This document shows positions 39,301 through 49,009 of a DNA stretch of 64,000 bases, piece after piece. The stretch lies in NCBI RefSeq assembly GCF_023055435.1, contig NW_025963890.1:13206001-13270000 (forward strand). Reading direction: 5' to 3'. This DNA comes from Haliotis rufescens (taxonomy: Eukaryota). The translations under genes and the position numbers were made by a program. The notes beneath the pieces were generated by a model that had not been told where the DNA came from, searched no databases, and worked only from the letters and a program-made list of their open reading frames with translations. The number at the start of each line of letters is the position of its first letter. Positions within the stretch are counted from its first letter, which is position 1.

Positions 39301-41028
39301 AAAATAATCATGATCATGAAAATGTCAAGAAATATAAGGCTGTCAATTTGCAGAGAATTTGTTGGACACCATTGGCATTATGACTTTTCATAGGCTATGC
39401 TTCAAAATCTTAAACAAATTCAAGGAATTATCTGGACCTGCTCAGAGGCCGATAATCGGCCCCAAGTCTGCAGCAAATGTCAAAAACAATTCCCAATTTG
39501 CAACTACCGTAAACATTTCTGAATTCAAGTTACAATGCATTAACATACATAATAACTAATTATATGGCTTTATAGTAGTAACTTGGGTATTCATTTATAT
39601 AAGACAGCTACACAATAAATTGCAAAGAACAATGAGGGATTGAATATGGTTTTATGCTGCTTTTAGCAATATTCCAGCAAGATCAAGGCGGAGACAGCAG
39701 AAATGGGCTTCACACATTGTACAATGTTGTACCCATGTGGGGAATCGAACCCCGGTCTTAGGCATGACGAGCGAACGTTTTAACCTCTAGGCTATTCCAC
39801 TGCCCCCAAAGAACAATGAAGAACGAAGCATGGTTTATTTCACGATAAAACATTGTACTATCATGACATAATTTCTGGAGATTCGAACATGCACTCGCAA
39901 CTTGATGACGTTGTAAATTGGATGACACTATTTATGAGAGGTAAGAATCGAGCGTGTTGTTCCCCATAAATGTAGCTGCCCACGCAGATAAACATAAAGA
40001 TAAACAATCACATTCAAAAGTGGGAGAAATATGATAATTGGTATTGGGAGAAAAGGAACAGATAATCTACGTTAAACATGTTAAAACTATGAGATTATCT
40101 GGGAAATACCTAAAGGTAACCTCCCTGTTCATGAAATGGACTTGTCCAACATTGCCAAGGTTGGATTGTATTCAGGGAGTCATTATTTTTTAAATAAAGG
40201 TAAACATTTTTAAAGCTTGTACATTTTATTAACATCCTTGAAGAGGCAATACAAATGTTGATATCTCATATCTTCACCCCCAAAGGTTTATTCTCCCTGC
40301 AGTGTTTTATTGTGCACCCCTCATGATTTCAAGAATATATGGACTAATATAAAATCCCCAATTTTAACCCAAAAATTCCGATATTGCATGCCAGGGCACT
40401 TAGTAAAGAATCATAGATAAATCCTTGAAATTTGAAAACAATATCTTTATGGTATAGGCCTATTGATCAAACTGAGTCCTGAAATGTGACATCAAAGATC
40501 TCCATCCGGTACAAACAAGATTTGAAATAAGATAAATGTCACACAGTAGTTTCACATGTAACTTCAATGCCCAGTAACAAAAACGTTAATGTCTTGTCAT
40601 TGTCATGTAATTCTGGTAATAGACCCGGGGAACCGAGTATCACGATTGTCACTGAACATTGCTCAAACATGTCATGTACACTTGTTCTGTATTCTAACTG
40701 TTAAAGACGATGGGACATATAACTCTACGTAGATCTAAATGATCATAAGGGGTCGGCCTCAATATTCATGTACAGTGATGCACTACAAGTGAAAACCTTA
40801 AAAATACATCTGTCTTTTATCTGCATGATTTGTTGATTTAAAATATTTGTTCTAAATTTGACATGTGATTTATTCAGAAATTGTACATATGATTTTATCC
40901 AATCTTACAGCATATCACATTTTCACGAGCCATATATCTGTTTGTTCAACTCAATTCCCCATGATCTTAACTTACTCCAGTTTAAAATCAAACTCCCCTT
41001 CGATGTCAATTTCTCCATCATCCGCCAT
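18118..41028 (-). CDS. MYSM1: MYSM1 histone H2A deubiquitinase (Myb/SANT + SWIRM + MPN+/JAMM), 16 coding exons, 3039 nt, ~1012 aa
   Basis: All exons join with GT-AG and consistent phase. SANT ([43 protein letters not shown]), SWIRM ([37 protein letters not shown]), JAMM ([25 protein letters not shown]). Confidence 0.95.
19348..19511 (-). CDS. MYSM1: MYSM1 exon 15
   Basis: LPYEFDY..CLTK; phase 1->0. Confidence 0.88.
19570..19823 (-). mobile_element. SINE-like family B copy
   Basis: Homology to family B. Confidence 0.85.
20014..20146 (-). CDS. MYSM1: MYSM1 exon 14
   Basis: [19 protein letters not shown].. Confidence 0.92.
20444..20812. repeat. Minisatellite, 18-19 bp unit TGTTAACAAATGCAAACAC, ~19 copies
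   Basis: Tandem periodicity. Confidence 0.95.
20819..20946 (-). CDS. MYSM1: MYSM1 exon 13 (JAMM motif)
   Basis: [34 protein letters not shown]. Confidence 0.96.
21264..21410 (+). mobile_element. tRNA-derived SINE-like element (a further family)
   Basis: A box GTGGCTGAGTGG and B box GGTTCAAATCC; no intact cloverleaf. Confidence 0.55.
21544..21708 (-). mobile_element. tRNA-derived SINE family A, TSD TGCTACTAATAA
   Basis: A box TAGCCTAGTGG, B box GGTTCGA.TCC, (TCAC)n tail, 12-bp TSD. Confidence 0.93.
21826..22276 (-). repeat. Tandem array (131-bp period, 4 copies) duplicating the last 64 nt of MYSM1 exon 12 plus its donor site
   Basis: Copies at 22213-22276, 22082-22145, 21951-22014 and 21826-21883 (6-nt deletion). 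Confidence 0.95.
22370..22556 (-). CDS. MYSM1: MYSM1 exon 12 (MPN, catalytic Glu region)
   Basis: [38 protein letters not shown]. Confidence 0.95.
22812..23071 (-). mobile_element. SINE family D (expanded tRNA-Leu/Ser-like head), 17-bp TSD TGCTTCCATATGTAGTG
   Basis: TSD at 22795-22811 and 23072-23088; B box GTGGGTTCGAATCCC; (TCAC)n tail. Confidence 0.9.
23207..23378 (+). mobile_element. SINE family A, TSD TCAGATGTGAAAT
   Basis: Full-length, near-consensus copy with 13-bp TSD. Confidence 0.95.
23683..23871. repeat. ~190 bp imperfect inverted repeat (hairpin)
   Basis: TACTTCTTGCTCCTTGATTAGGTGAATGA mirrored by TCATTCACCTGATCAAGGAGCAAGAAGTA; outer arms also pair. Confidence 0.85.
23962..24072 (-). 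CDS. MYSM1: MYSM1 exon 11
   Basis: ..[12 protein letters not shown].. Confidence 0.92.
24200..24277 (-). CDS. MYSM1: MYSM1 exon 10
   Basis: [26 protein letters not shown]. Confidence 0.92.
24602..24711 (-). CDS. MYSM1: MYSM1 exon 9
   Basis: [13 protein letters not shown]; phase 1->0. Confidence 0.88.
24745..24900 (-). mobile_element. SINE-like family B, partial
   Basis: 3' half of family B. Confidence 0.75.
24972..25284 (-). mobile_element. SINE family C (tRNA head, V-domain-like body)
   Basis: Homologous to 36101-36590: GGACTGGTCGGCTCAGAGTCAG..GGGGTATTCATGTTAAACTGCGG. Confidence 0.75.
25581..25711 (-). CDS. MYSM1: MYSM1 exon 8 (SWIRM)
   Basis: [43 protein letters not shown]. Confidence 0.95.
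26290..26545 (-). mobile_element. SINE family D, degenerate
   Basis: Homology to 32044-32340. Confidence 0.65.
26670..26846 (+). mobile_element. SINE family A
   Basis: Near-consensus; TSD ~C(C/T)TTATGTTC. Confidence 0.92.
27040..27325 (-). mobile_element. SINE family D
   Basis: Homology to 32044-32340. Confidence 0.8.
27685..27868 (-). CDS. MYSM1: MYSM1 exon 7 (SWIRM start)
   Basis: ..[27 protein letters not shown]. Confidence 0.92.
28070..28313 (-). mobile_element. SINE family A with expanded (GAGT)n tail, TSD GAGCAGCCTACA
   Basis: TSD at 28058-28069 and 28314-28325. Confidence 0.95.
29572..30673 (-). CDS. MYSM1: MYSM1 exon 6 (large Ser/acidic low-complexity linker)
   Basis: 382-aa ORF; TTTCTAG acceptor, GTATGT donor, phase 0->1 fits neighbouring exons. 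Confidence 0.9.
30719..31190. mobile_element. hAT-like non-autonomous element
   Basis: CAGTGTTCCCG...GCAGGAACACTG termini. Confidence 0.5.
31513..31950. mobile_element. MITE (TIR CAGAGCTCCAGATA), apparently nested in a Harbinger-MITE relic starting ~31438
   Basis: Right end TATCTGTAGCTATG; ATAGTA on both flanks. Confidence 0.5.
32044..32340 (+). mobile_element. SINE family D, full length
   Basis: GGGGCA..A-box-like..GTGGGTTCGAATCCC..TGCCCC head, body, shared tail, (TCAC)n. Confidence 0.9.
32939..33037 (-). CDS. MYSM1: MYSM1 exon 5 (SANT)
   Basis: [33 protein letters not shown]. Confidence 0.95.
33100..33930. repeat. Minisatellite, ~46-bp unit AAAGGGTAGGGGAAAGGCCTGCATACACAGTATATATGAAAGATAT
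   Basis: ~18 tandem copies. Confidence 0.96.
34488..35085. repeat. Minisatellite, 33-34 bp unit AAAGGGTTGGGGGAAGGCCTATATGCAAGACAT
   Basis: ~18 tandem copies. Confidence 0.96.
35121..35259 (-). CDS. MYSM1: MYSM1 exon 4 (SANT start)
   Basis: [20 protein letters not shown]. Confidence 0.9.
35260..35684 (-). other. U12-type (minor spliceosome) GT-AG intron of MYSM1
   Basis: 5'ss GTATCCTAA; branch point TTTCCTTGAC at 35280-35271, 12 nt from the AG; no long polypyrimidine tract. Confidence 0.85.
35410..35623 (-). mobile_element. SINE-like family B copy inside the U12 intron
   Basis: Homology to family B, with an internal deletion. Confidence 0.75.
35685..35755 (-). CDS. MYSM1: MYSM1 exon 3
   Basis: [23 protein letters not shown], followed by GTATCCT donor. 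Confidence 0.88.
36101..36590 (+). mobile_element. SINE family C interrupted by a nested family A SINE
   Basis: tRNA-like head (TGGTCTGGTGGTAGAGC, GGTTCAAACCC); body resumes after the insertion. Confidence 0.8.
36243..36397 (-). mobile_element. SINE family A nested in family C, TSD TTAAGGGG(A/C)TAAA
   Basis: 13-bp TSD with one mismatch. Confidence 0.92.
37307..37588. mobile_element. hAT-like non-autonomous element
   Basis: TAGGGGTGAAACGATAC...CATCATTTCACCCCTG; related ends at ~25990-26110. Confidence 0.5.
37660..37753 (-). CDS. MYSM1: MYSM1 exon 2
   Basis: TTTCAG acceptor, GTAAAA donor, phase 2->0, VEDGFY..PPWMLEQ. Confidence 0.8.
39636..39806 (-). mobile_element. SINE family A, TSD CAAAGAACAATGA
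   Basis: 13-bp TSD. Confidence 0.9.
40976..41028 (-). CDS. MYSM1: MYSM1 exon 1 ([17 protein letters not shown])
   Basis: AAAATGGCG start context, GTAAGT donor; resembles the acidic D[VI]DIEG N-terminus of MYSM1. Confidence 0.85.
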
Positions 41029-41031
41029 TTT
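41022..41031 (-). promoter_or_regulatory. YY1-like motif AAAATGGCGG overlapping the MYSM1 start codon
   Basis: Exact match to the YY1/Kozak composite; function untested. Confidence 0.35.
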
Positions 41032-41954
41032 GGATATAGTATCAAGGAGTTACCTCCCTTGCCAGTTTGCTAAAAAAAATTCTGTCTTGACACCATTTGC
41101 CTCCCTTGCACAGTTTAGTATTGTGCAAAGGCACATATCTTATAACTATCTACACATTTCAATACCCTCTAAAAAAACGAGGAAACGTTGTCAAATTAAA
41201 AATATAACTTCTACCAGTGTAGTCGAGCCAAAACATTTCATGATCATGAAAAGAAACCTAAATATATATTATTTGCTGAAACACGACAGTAAGCCAGAAA
41301 GTCGACCAATATATTATCTGATATATCTATATAGGACATACATAATAACAGATCAGATAAATTATAACCAGATAATGTGCTCTTGTGGCCAACCATGAAG
41401 AGCGCTTGTAATCTAATACTGCGAACATTCCCGAACTACTTACACGCCCTGTGTGTGTCTTACCACGCTGTTATCAAAGGTAGCCATCGATCGAAAAGTC
41501 CGAGCGCTGCTTAATCCCCAAATAAGGCTTACGTTATTGTCTTTTGTAAGAGTCACTGGGGTGCTTTTACACAATATTCGTAAGTAGTAGTTATAACCCC
41601 GGTGTACTCTGCAGAAAGGACATTCGTGTTGACGTGTTAGTTTGATAATAGATGTACTTATTACTTTTTTGTCATTTTATCGTCAATTATCCTTAATTAT
41701 TCTAGACATATAATTATTTCTCGTTGTCACAAGGTATCATGTGAAAACAATTTGTTATATATCATACACATACAAACAAACACAGATTGGCTATGTTACC
41801 ATAGTTTTACGTTTTTTAGGACATGCGCATTGCGTGTCTAATATTTAAAGTACTTTCAAGTCGAATGGTGTTGGTAGTTGATAAACATAACTTATTGACA
41901 TTTTTTTTAAATGGAGTTACAGGAAAGATTAAACTTGTTTTGTAGGTTATAATC

Positions 41955-42791
41955 TACGGAAGCGTAGTAGGGCCACGGTGAATCTTTTTTGTCTAAGTAT
42001 CTTCTACGTAGGACTTATTATCTCCTACGTAGGACTTAGTATCTCCTACGTAGGACTTACTACCTCTTACGTAGGACTTAGTATGGCCTAGAATCGCGAT
42101 CTCCTACGTAGGACTTAGTATCTCCTACGTAGGACTTACTATCTCCTACGTAGGACTTAATATCTCTTACGTAGGACTTACTATCTCCTACGTAGGACTT
42201 AATATCTCTTACGTAGGACTTAGTATCTCCTACGTAGGACTTACTTTCTCTTACGTAGGACTTAGTATGGCCTAGAATCGCGATCTACTACGTAGGACTT
42301 ACTATCTCCTACGTAGGACTTACTATCTCTTACGTAGGACTTAGTATGGCCTAGAATCACTATCTCCTACGTAGGACTTAGTATTTCCTACGTAGGTCTT
42401 TGTATCTCCTACGTAGGAGATACTAAGTCCTACGTAGGAGATAGCGATTCTAGTCCATACTGTCATACGTAGGACATACTAAGTCCTACGTAGGAAATAG
42501 TAAGTCCTACGCAGGAGCTAGTAAGTCCTACGTAGGAGCTAGTAAGTCCTACGTAGGAGATACTTAATCCTACGTAAGAGATATTTAGTCCTACGTAGGA
42601 GATAGTACTTCTAGGCCATACTAAGTCCAGCGTAGGAGAAAGTAAGTCCTACGTAGGAGATAGTAAGTCCTACGTAGGTGATAGTAAGTCCTACGTAGGC
42701 CATACTAGGTCCTACGTAGGCCATACTAGGTCCTACGTAGGAGATAGTACTTCCTACGTAGGAGATAGTAAGTCCTACGTAGGAGATACTT
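41955..42791. mobile_element. Foldback-like palindromic element of ~34 tandem 21-bp units with core CCTACGTAGG
   Basis: Left arm 41995-42412 and right arm 42413-42791 are inverted; TIR AAGTATCT.CTACGTAGGACTTA. Confidence 0.8.
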
Positions 42792-42974
42792 GCTTCTTGT
42801 AACTGTGCCAGTTCTACAGATCAACTAAACCGTTGGGCAAGAGAAAGTATTTTGATGTGTTTGATGGGGGCAAAAACTGAAACAAACAAGAAATGGTTAT
42901 TTGATGCTGATGTATGTAATACGGGTATCAGAGCTGTGTTTTAGCTCTTACGTTGCAGTGTTTTTGGCAACTGT

Positions 42975-43475
42975 TTTCAGTCTAGTAACGTTTGACAACG
43001 CTGGTAATGTTTTGGTGAAATCCCATATTTTCTTTTGCCCAGTAGTTTATCTTCCGATGCGTATTCTACATTAGCAAGAACATGTAAATACCTCTGGTAT
43101 ATGTTCAACAAGACATTTCTAGGAAGTACATACTTAAGCATTCTCATGGAAAACGCTAGATGTTTATTATGGTACATGACTTGTCCATTTCATGTTATCG
43201 GATAATATTACACTAAGGTGTTTAGGAGTAGTTACCTGCTCTAAGTGTTGATTATTTAAAATCAAATCAGGTATCTAGGCTAAGTTACGATGACTAAATA
43301 CCATGTACTGAAGTTTACTAGCCATTCCTGTGTCCAGTCTTCGAGCTTAGCTAAATCATATTTATGTTCTTCATCTATAACTTCTTCACTTGACGCAGCA
43401 ACACTTACATATGTATCTTTAGCAAAATGACTAATTATAGTTGACAGGGTATTAGCTAATTCATTAATGTACATC
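42975..43475 (-). mobile_element. CR1/L2-like LINE ORF2 (RT C-terminal) fragment
   Basis: YINEL..FAKDT (FADDT-like)..DLAKLEDWTQEWLVNF; KHLSVILSDNMKWTSHV; LKYVLPRNVLLNIY..VEYAS. Confidence 0.75.
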
Positions 43476-43476
43476 A

Positions 43477-43720
43477 GAATGGGTCTTCAGCAACCCATGC
43501 TTGCTGTAAAAGGCGACTATGCTTGTCGTAAAAGGCGACTAACGGGATCGGGTGGTCATGCTCGCTGACTTGGTTGATGCATGTCATCAATCCCAATTGC
43601 GTGGGTTGATGCTCATGATATTAATTACTGGATTGTCTGGCCCAGACTCGATTATTTACAGACCGCCGTCATAAAGCTGTAATATTGCTGAGTGCGGCGT
43701 TAAACAACAAACCAACAAAC
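43477..43720 (+). mobile_element. SINE-like family B copy
   Basis: Homology to family B. Confidence 0.85.
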
Positions 43721-43829
43721 ATCAGAAATAGACACGGTCCCAAGACAGACCCATGTGGCACTCCAGCAGTTATTGTTTGTTGAGAGTAATAAGATACTTA
43801 AAAACGTCCATGGAAACCATAGTTGTTGT

Positions 43830-44010
43830 TCGATGGTGAAGATACAAAGGCAGTTAAATCGGGAAAATACATTGGGTTGTGTAATCATTAGGCATGTGTT
43901 TTCTTACAAGTGATAATGATGGACATTCTAGGGTTAGGATTGTGTTCGTTTCTACACGGATTGCACATTTTTCGTGACCCATCAAATTTGCGCCATCAAG
44001 CAACGTCATA
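43830..44010 (-). mobile_element. Possible LINE ORF2 C-terminal zinc-finger-region relic
   Basis: ..EKCAIR..LECPSLSLVRK..PNVF.. resembles a degenerate CCHC region; heavily mutated. Confidence 0.35.
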
Positions 44011-44924
44011 TTCATTCTGAGGTTTAATCTCTTTTTATCGAGTATATCGACAATGAAATTTAACCATTTGAATGTAACGAAAGATATTAAAATGCATGCC
44101 AAAATAGAACCATTCTAACTACTGACTGATGACACCGGCCTAGTTCCCCAAATACATTGATGTCTCGTTAACTCTAACTCCGTTATCTTGATGTAATCCT
44201 CCCGGCAAAACCACAATCTGTCACAGTAACAGGTATGGAAGGTAAAAGAAACAAAAATATCAGTTAGGAGTTAACAATTTATAGAATTTAGCATAGACAT
44301 TTTCAGTGATCCATTCATATAATTTTCATTATTTCTTTTGTCTTGTACGCCCATAATCAATTTCAACAGATAATTCGAGACTGATATTCTCTAACGTTGA
44401 CGTTATATATTCCTAAGACAATTTAGACACACGACTAGAGTCTAGTTTACTGTCACAGTTGCCAGCCGTACCGCTATCTTCCCTTCATCAGTTCATGTAT
44501 AAGATAAGATAAGGCGATATTTATGGATACATATTATATGTAATACAGAAGTTAATAAACTTCTGATTTCTTATAACAAGTAGTTCAATAATCCATGTAT
44601 CCCCAGATTTCATTTAAATCTGCAATCTTTTCTATGAACAGTGAGGTATATCACCAATACAACCCAACACACACACTAAATAAACTGTTATTCTATTCAG
44701 AGATAAATGAAAACAAACATATTTTCTTAAATAATGGTTCGAAAATATGGTTTGGTAGCCAAACATTTGCAGGAAATGAGAGACTTGAACAAATGTTGAT
44801 GAGTGTCGAGCAGTCTGCTGTCAGTCTTGCATTTCCCACTGTACATAACGTTGAGGGGTGACAATGATCTACCTTATCACTCGTCAGGATAGGCATGTTT
44901 CTTCTCATGCACATCTCACCATGC

Positions 44925-45110
44925 CGCATGAATACCCCACTCAGACACAGTACACGGACCACGAGTCGACGACCAGTCCCTGTTTTATCCCCTTGAGGCC
45001 GAACGCCAGACTGGGTAACAGCTAGCATAATCTTTTAACGTCTTTTGGTTTGACGTGGCCATGGGATCGAACCTCTAACGGACAAGCGCTCTATCCTTTA
45101 CACCATGTGG
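44925..45110 (-). mobile_element. SINE family C, partial
   Basis: Homology to 36101-36590. Confidence 0.7.
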
Positions 45111-45169
45111 ATGGTCTAACAATAGATATGAATAGTTTCTTCAAATTAATCATATGTTTGATCTTACGC

Positions 45170-45317
45170 NNNNNNNNNNNNNNNNNNNNNNNNNNNNNNN
45201 NNNNNNNNNNNNNNNNNNNNNNNNNNNNNNNNNNNNNNNNNNNNNNNNNNNNNNNNNNNNNNNNNNNNNNNNNNNNNNNNNNNNNNNNNNNNNNNNNNNN
45301 NNNNNNNNNNNNNNNNN
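45170..45317. other. Assembly gap (N run)
   Basis: Run of n. Confidence 0.99.
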
Positions 45318-45934
45318 ACAACTTTAACAATTATAGTTGACATAATATTTCTAATCTTTATTTAATGCATAAAGTACATCATAAAGTTAGAATATACATC
45401 GCACATGGTGTAAAACGAGTTGCCGAAATAGGATAATTAATTTAGCATCTATGCAAGTACTATTGACTGTTCATGTGTCATCTCAAAGGTGATGCTTGTA
45501 TATTTATAGCCTTATACATGGCCCTTGCAAGTAGATGGACGCGTGTCCCTAAGGTCAAAGTTGTAACGGGCACAGATAAGTTGAAGCAGATAAAGCCATT
45601 AGCCCCATTTACGGAAACAGTCGAGGTATAGGTAAAGTCAGCGTTCGGGCGAATACTTACCTCCGTTATCTGTGAAGATATTCTGATACTGTCACTATCT
45701 GTAAACGTGACCAGAATTTTCCGCTTCATGTTATATATGTGTACTAGGGTCAAGGAACTGAATAGTGACTCCTAGTATCTTATTACGTCACCTTCTGAAG
45801 TTGAGCTGTGAAACCTTTCTTCAAGACGATTGAACTTGGTCTCGGCTCGTGTCAGTTGGGTCTTCATGTAGTGTCATAATACAGGTTCATGTATCCTCAC
45901 AGAGCCGACATATCTTCGTTATGTCAGGGAAGTA

Positions 45935-46240
45935 CAGGTGGCTCAGTTGTCCACGGGGCCACAATTTGCCATGCAGATCGTTGGTTGAATCCCGGATTCG
46001 CCCTGATTATGTTTCTAGGTTTGCACCATACCATACCATACCGTACCGTACCGTACCGTACCGTACCGTACCGTACCATACCATACCATACCATACCATA
46101 TACGTGGATTCAATCAAAATGGTGACGTTTAAGACCATCACCACTTCGGGATTTCCTCCCGCATCAAACTGACACGACATGAAGTAACTGATCCCAGAAA
46201 TTCTAGGCAAAGCAGCGTTAATTCAAACTCACTCACTCAC
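45935..46240 (+). mobile_element. SINE family D containing an expanded (CCATA/CCGTA)n microsatellite at 46026-46098
   Basis: Homology to family D; the microsatellite grows from the internal CACCATAC. Confidence 0.75.
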
Positions 46241-46248
46241 CGCTGTTA

Positions 46249-46371
46249 ACCGTCTCCGTTGTCCTGTGGTAGAGCGTCCGCCCGGAGAGCAGAATATCCG
46301 GGGAAGAACAAGATCACTGCCTGCGTTATACCAAAAGACGTTAAAAGATGGTACTTGTTAATACCCCCCCC

Positions 46372-46402
<31 letters not shown>

Positions 46403-46501
46403 ACACCGTGCATGCGCGTCGCTATATAAATGCAAATAATCTTGGACGTAATGTTTAGCCCCAAATGCGATAATCTTGGACGCGACGTTAAACCCCATTT
46501 C
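46249..46501 (+). mobile_element. SINE family C, internally deleted, with poly-C/(CA)n
   Basis: GTGGTAGAGCGTCCGCCCGGAGAGC..AAAAGATGGTACTTG..GACGTTAAACCCCATTT. Confidence 0.65.
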
Positions 46502-46729
46502 AGGCATGGGAACGTGTCCACAGATCTTGCTGGCATCACTAATTTACCTTTGGGGGAATTCGGGGTCACAATAGGGCTTCAGACAGTGAGGTGTCAGATT
46601 TTGTGACTTCGTTGATTGCGTGTCGTCGTGCCCAACGGTCGTTGATCACGTTTTCAGCCACCTGCCTGATCCCGAACCCGAACGTTTCAAAGTATAATTA
46701 TAACCATTTTACATTTTCCAAGCCGGTCC

Positions 46730-46835
46730 AGGGTGCCGTTATACAAAACAACCTTAGCACTACGACTGTCGTAAGTCTATGTTAGAGTATGGGGGTTACG
46801 ATCACCTTAGCGCTAAGATCGCTTTGTACAACGGA
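46730..46835. mobile_element. Degenerate PIF/Harbinger MITE
   Basis: Related to 50008-50114; another relic at ~27445-27533. Confidence 0.55.
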
Positions 46836-47409
46836 ATGATTTACGTGCTATAACTGGAGTATTGCTGACTGAGTGGGCGTTAGACAACATTCGCTCGCAA
46901 TAATACAATTGAGATTTCTATGAAATTCCAGTATTTATTAATCCAGATAACACTAATCACGTAATTGACAACTAAATCAAACGAACTCGTTAAACGTTAT
47001 CCAATTGGGAAAATCCCAAACCCCCATTCAAGACTTACATACCCGTCGAGTGATGTCAAACGAAACAGAAGAATAAGTCTCTTAATCCATTACTAAATAG
47101 ATGGCGTTTATTTAGAAATCTGAGCATCTGCATCAGCAACAAAAACAAACAAAAACAAACAAACTGAAAGCTTTGACATAGGCAACGTTTTAGTTATTTC
47201 TTCAAGCAAGTGTACTCCGTGGTCTAAATGTTGAAATCCAAAAACAAATTCAATGTCGTTTTTCTTGCTACTACAGCTTATAAATGCCCCTTAAAGATAT
47301 ATAACATTTATTGTTTTAATTTCAATTTCCTATATTTCTTCACTGAGCTGTTTCGGTATATTACTAATACCTTATCAAGCAATGTATAGAGACATCGCAT
47401 AGCAAGTGT

Positions 47410-47900
47410 ATGAATGAGTTTGGTTTTAATGCCGGATTGAACAGTATTTCAGTTGTTTTATACAAAAAAATATTTCAGTTATATCACGAGGTGTCAGCCT
47501 GGTATGGGTGAAAGCCCGAACTGATGTAAAAGTCTGAGGCGTTTACAACTCAGGTGAAACACGAGTAGGAGCTGACAAACCAAGAAACATAAAGAGTGTG
47601 AGTGAGTTGGGTTTAACGCCGCTTTTAACAGTATTACAGTTATATCACGGCGTGTCAGCTTAATGTGGGAGGAAAGCCCGAAGTGATGCAGGTCTCAGAC
47701 GTTTACCAGTTCGGTGAAACCCACGAGCACGGGTATGGTGCTGACAAACCTAGAAACATAAACGGGGCGAACCGGGATTCGAACCCACAATCATGGGTTT
47801 CTGGCGTGCCCAACTCTGCACAGCGAATCGCGGCGCCTTAGACGACTGGGCTACGAGTGCCCCCAGCAACATAAAGAAGGCCAACCGGCACATTGAACGA
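47410..47900 (-). mobile_element. Older family D SINE with a younger family D copy (47616-47864) inserted, TSD AACATAAAGA
   Basis: TSD at 47606-47615 and 47868-47877; the old copy resumes after the insertion. Confidence 0.8.
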
Positions 47901-49009
47901 ATACAATTTAAAGTTAAGATACTAAAGTCATGCAATCCAGTCTTCGTTCATAAAACATCTTCTAAATACCACTTAATGGTATAACACAGTTTCATGTTAT
48001 ATATCGTTATAAATCATGCAACAACAGTGGAGTGGTGAGGATTCCGTCGATTTATTCAAACTCACATCTTTCAGCTGGTTTCGATTGGAAACATCCAAAT
48101 AAATGTTGTCATACAAAGTCAAACAATACCAAAATTGTTTCTTCTTTCACTGAGATGTTTCGGTACAATTACAAATACTTTAAGTAAGCAATTTAAGGAC
48201 ACAATTAAAAGAAATTAAACTCTTAAAATCGTACAAGTCTGTCTTTATTATTACCTCAGCTTAAACTTGACATTATATTTCGTCAGGCAGCATGAAAAAG
48301 CTGTGACGTTGTAATTCTTCCGTGTATTTATTAAGACTCACATCAGTTGTTTTCGATTGGAAAATTCAAATAAACAGCAATACTCAATATCATAAATAAC
48401 TCAAGGCTACTAACGTGTGGTCTGTTTTTAGATCCAATTATGCAACCCTTCACTGTTAAAGTTATCAAGTCCCGGTGAAATCCAGCGGTCACAACGGCGA
48501 TGACTTCCTGGACTCTGATTGTGACCCGACCTATTGGCACCAGATAAGATAAAGCTATTATTGATAAGATAATTAATGCAGGTCATCAAGCTCTAATACA
48601 ACTTGCATAGATTCATGCACCCGAATTAAGTGCAAGCAATGGCCATTATTAGTATACACATATTCAGTGACATCCCGGTAGTCCGTAAATTATAAATATA
48701 AAACCTCAGTGCCAGAGAATAACCAGTCTCGATTTTCTGCCGAAACATAGTCCATAGGTCGTAAAAATAATTATGAAAATTGTGATGTGTTCGCGAAACC
48801 ATACTTACAATGTTGGAATGTCTATATTTTTCAGTCTAAATTCAGTCACTATGTATACCCAGTCACAGCACAAAATGCGTGAAACTGGTATTGATATATT
48901 GTAAAGATTCCAGTCGTAAATGCGATCAGGAATTAGGATATAACACTGACTATACTTTACAACTGAATGTTCACCGCCATGGGTTACAATGTTTATTCTA
49001 TAATATATC

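Noticed and set aside
40865-41398. 177-aa plus-strand ORF
   Set aside because: Antisense to MYSM1 exon 1 and its promoter, with no recognisable motifs or splice support.
41995-42791. CRISPR array (regular palindromic repeats)
   Set aside because: Inter-repeat segments are short and near-identical rather than unique spacers, the array is inverted about its centre, there are no cas genes, and the context is eukaryotic.
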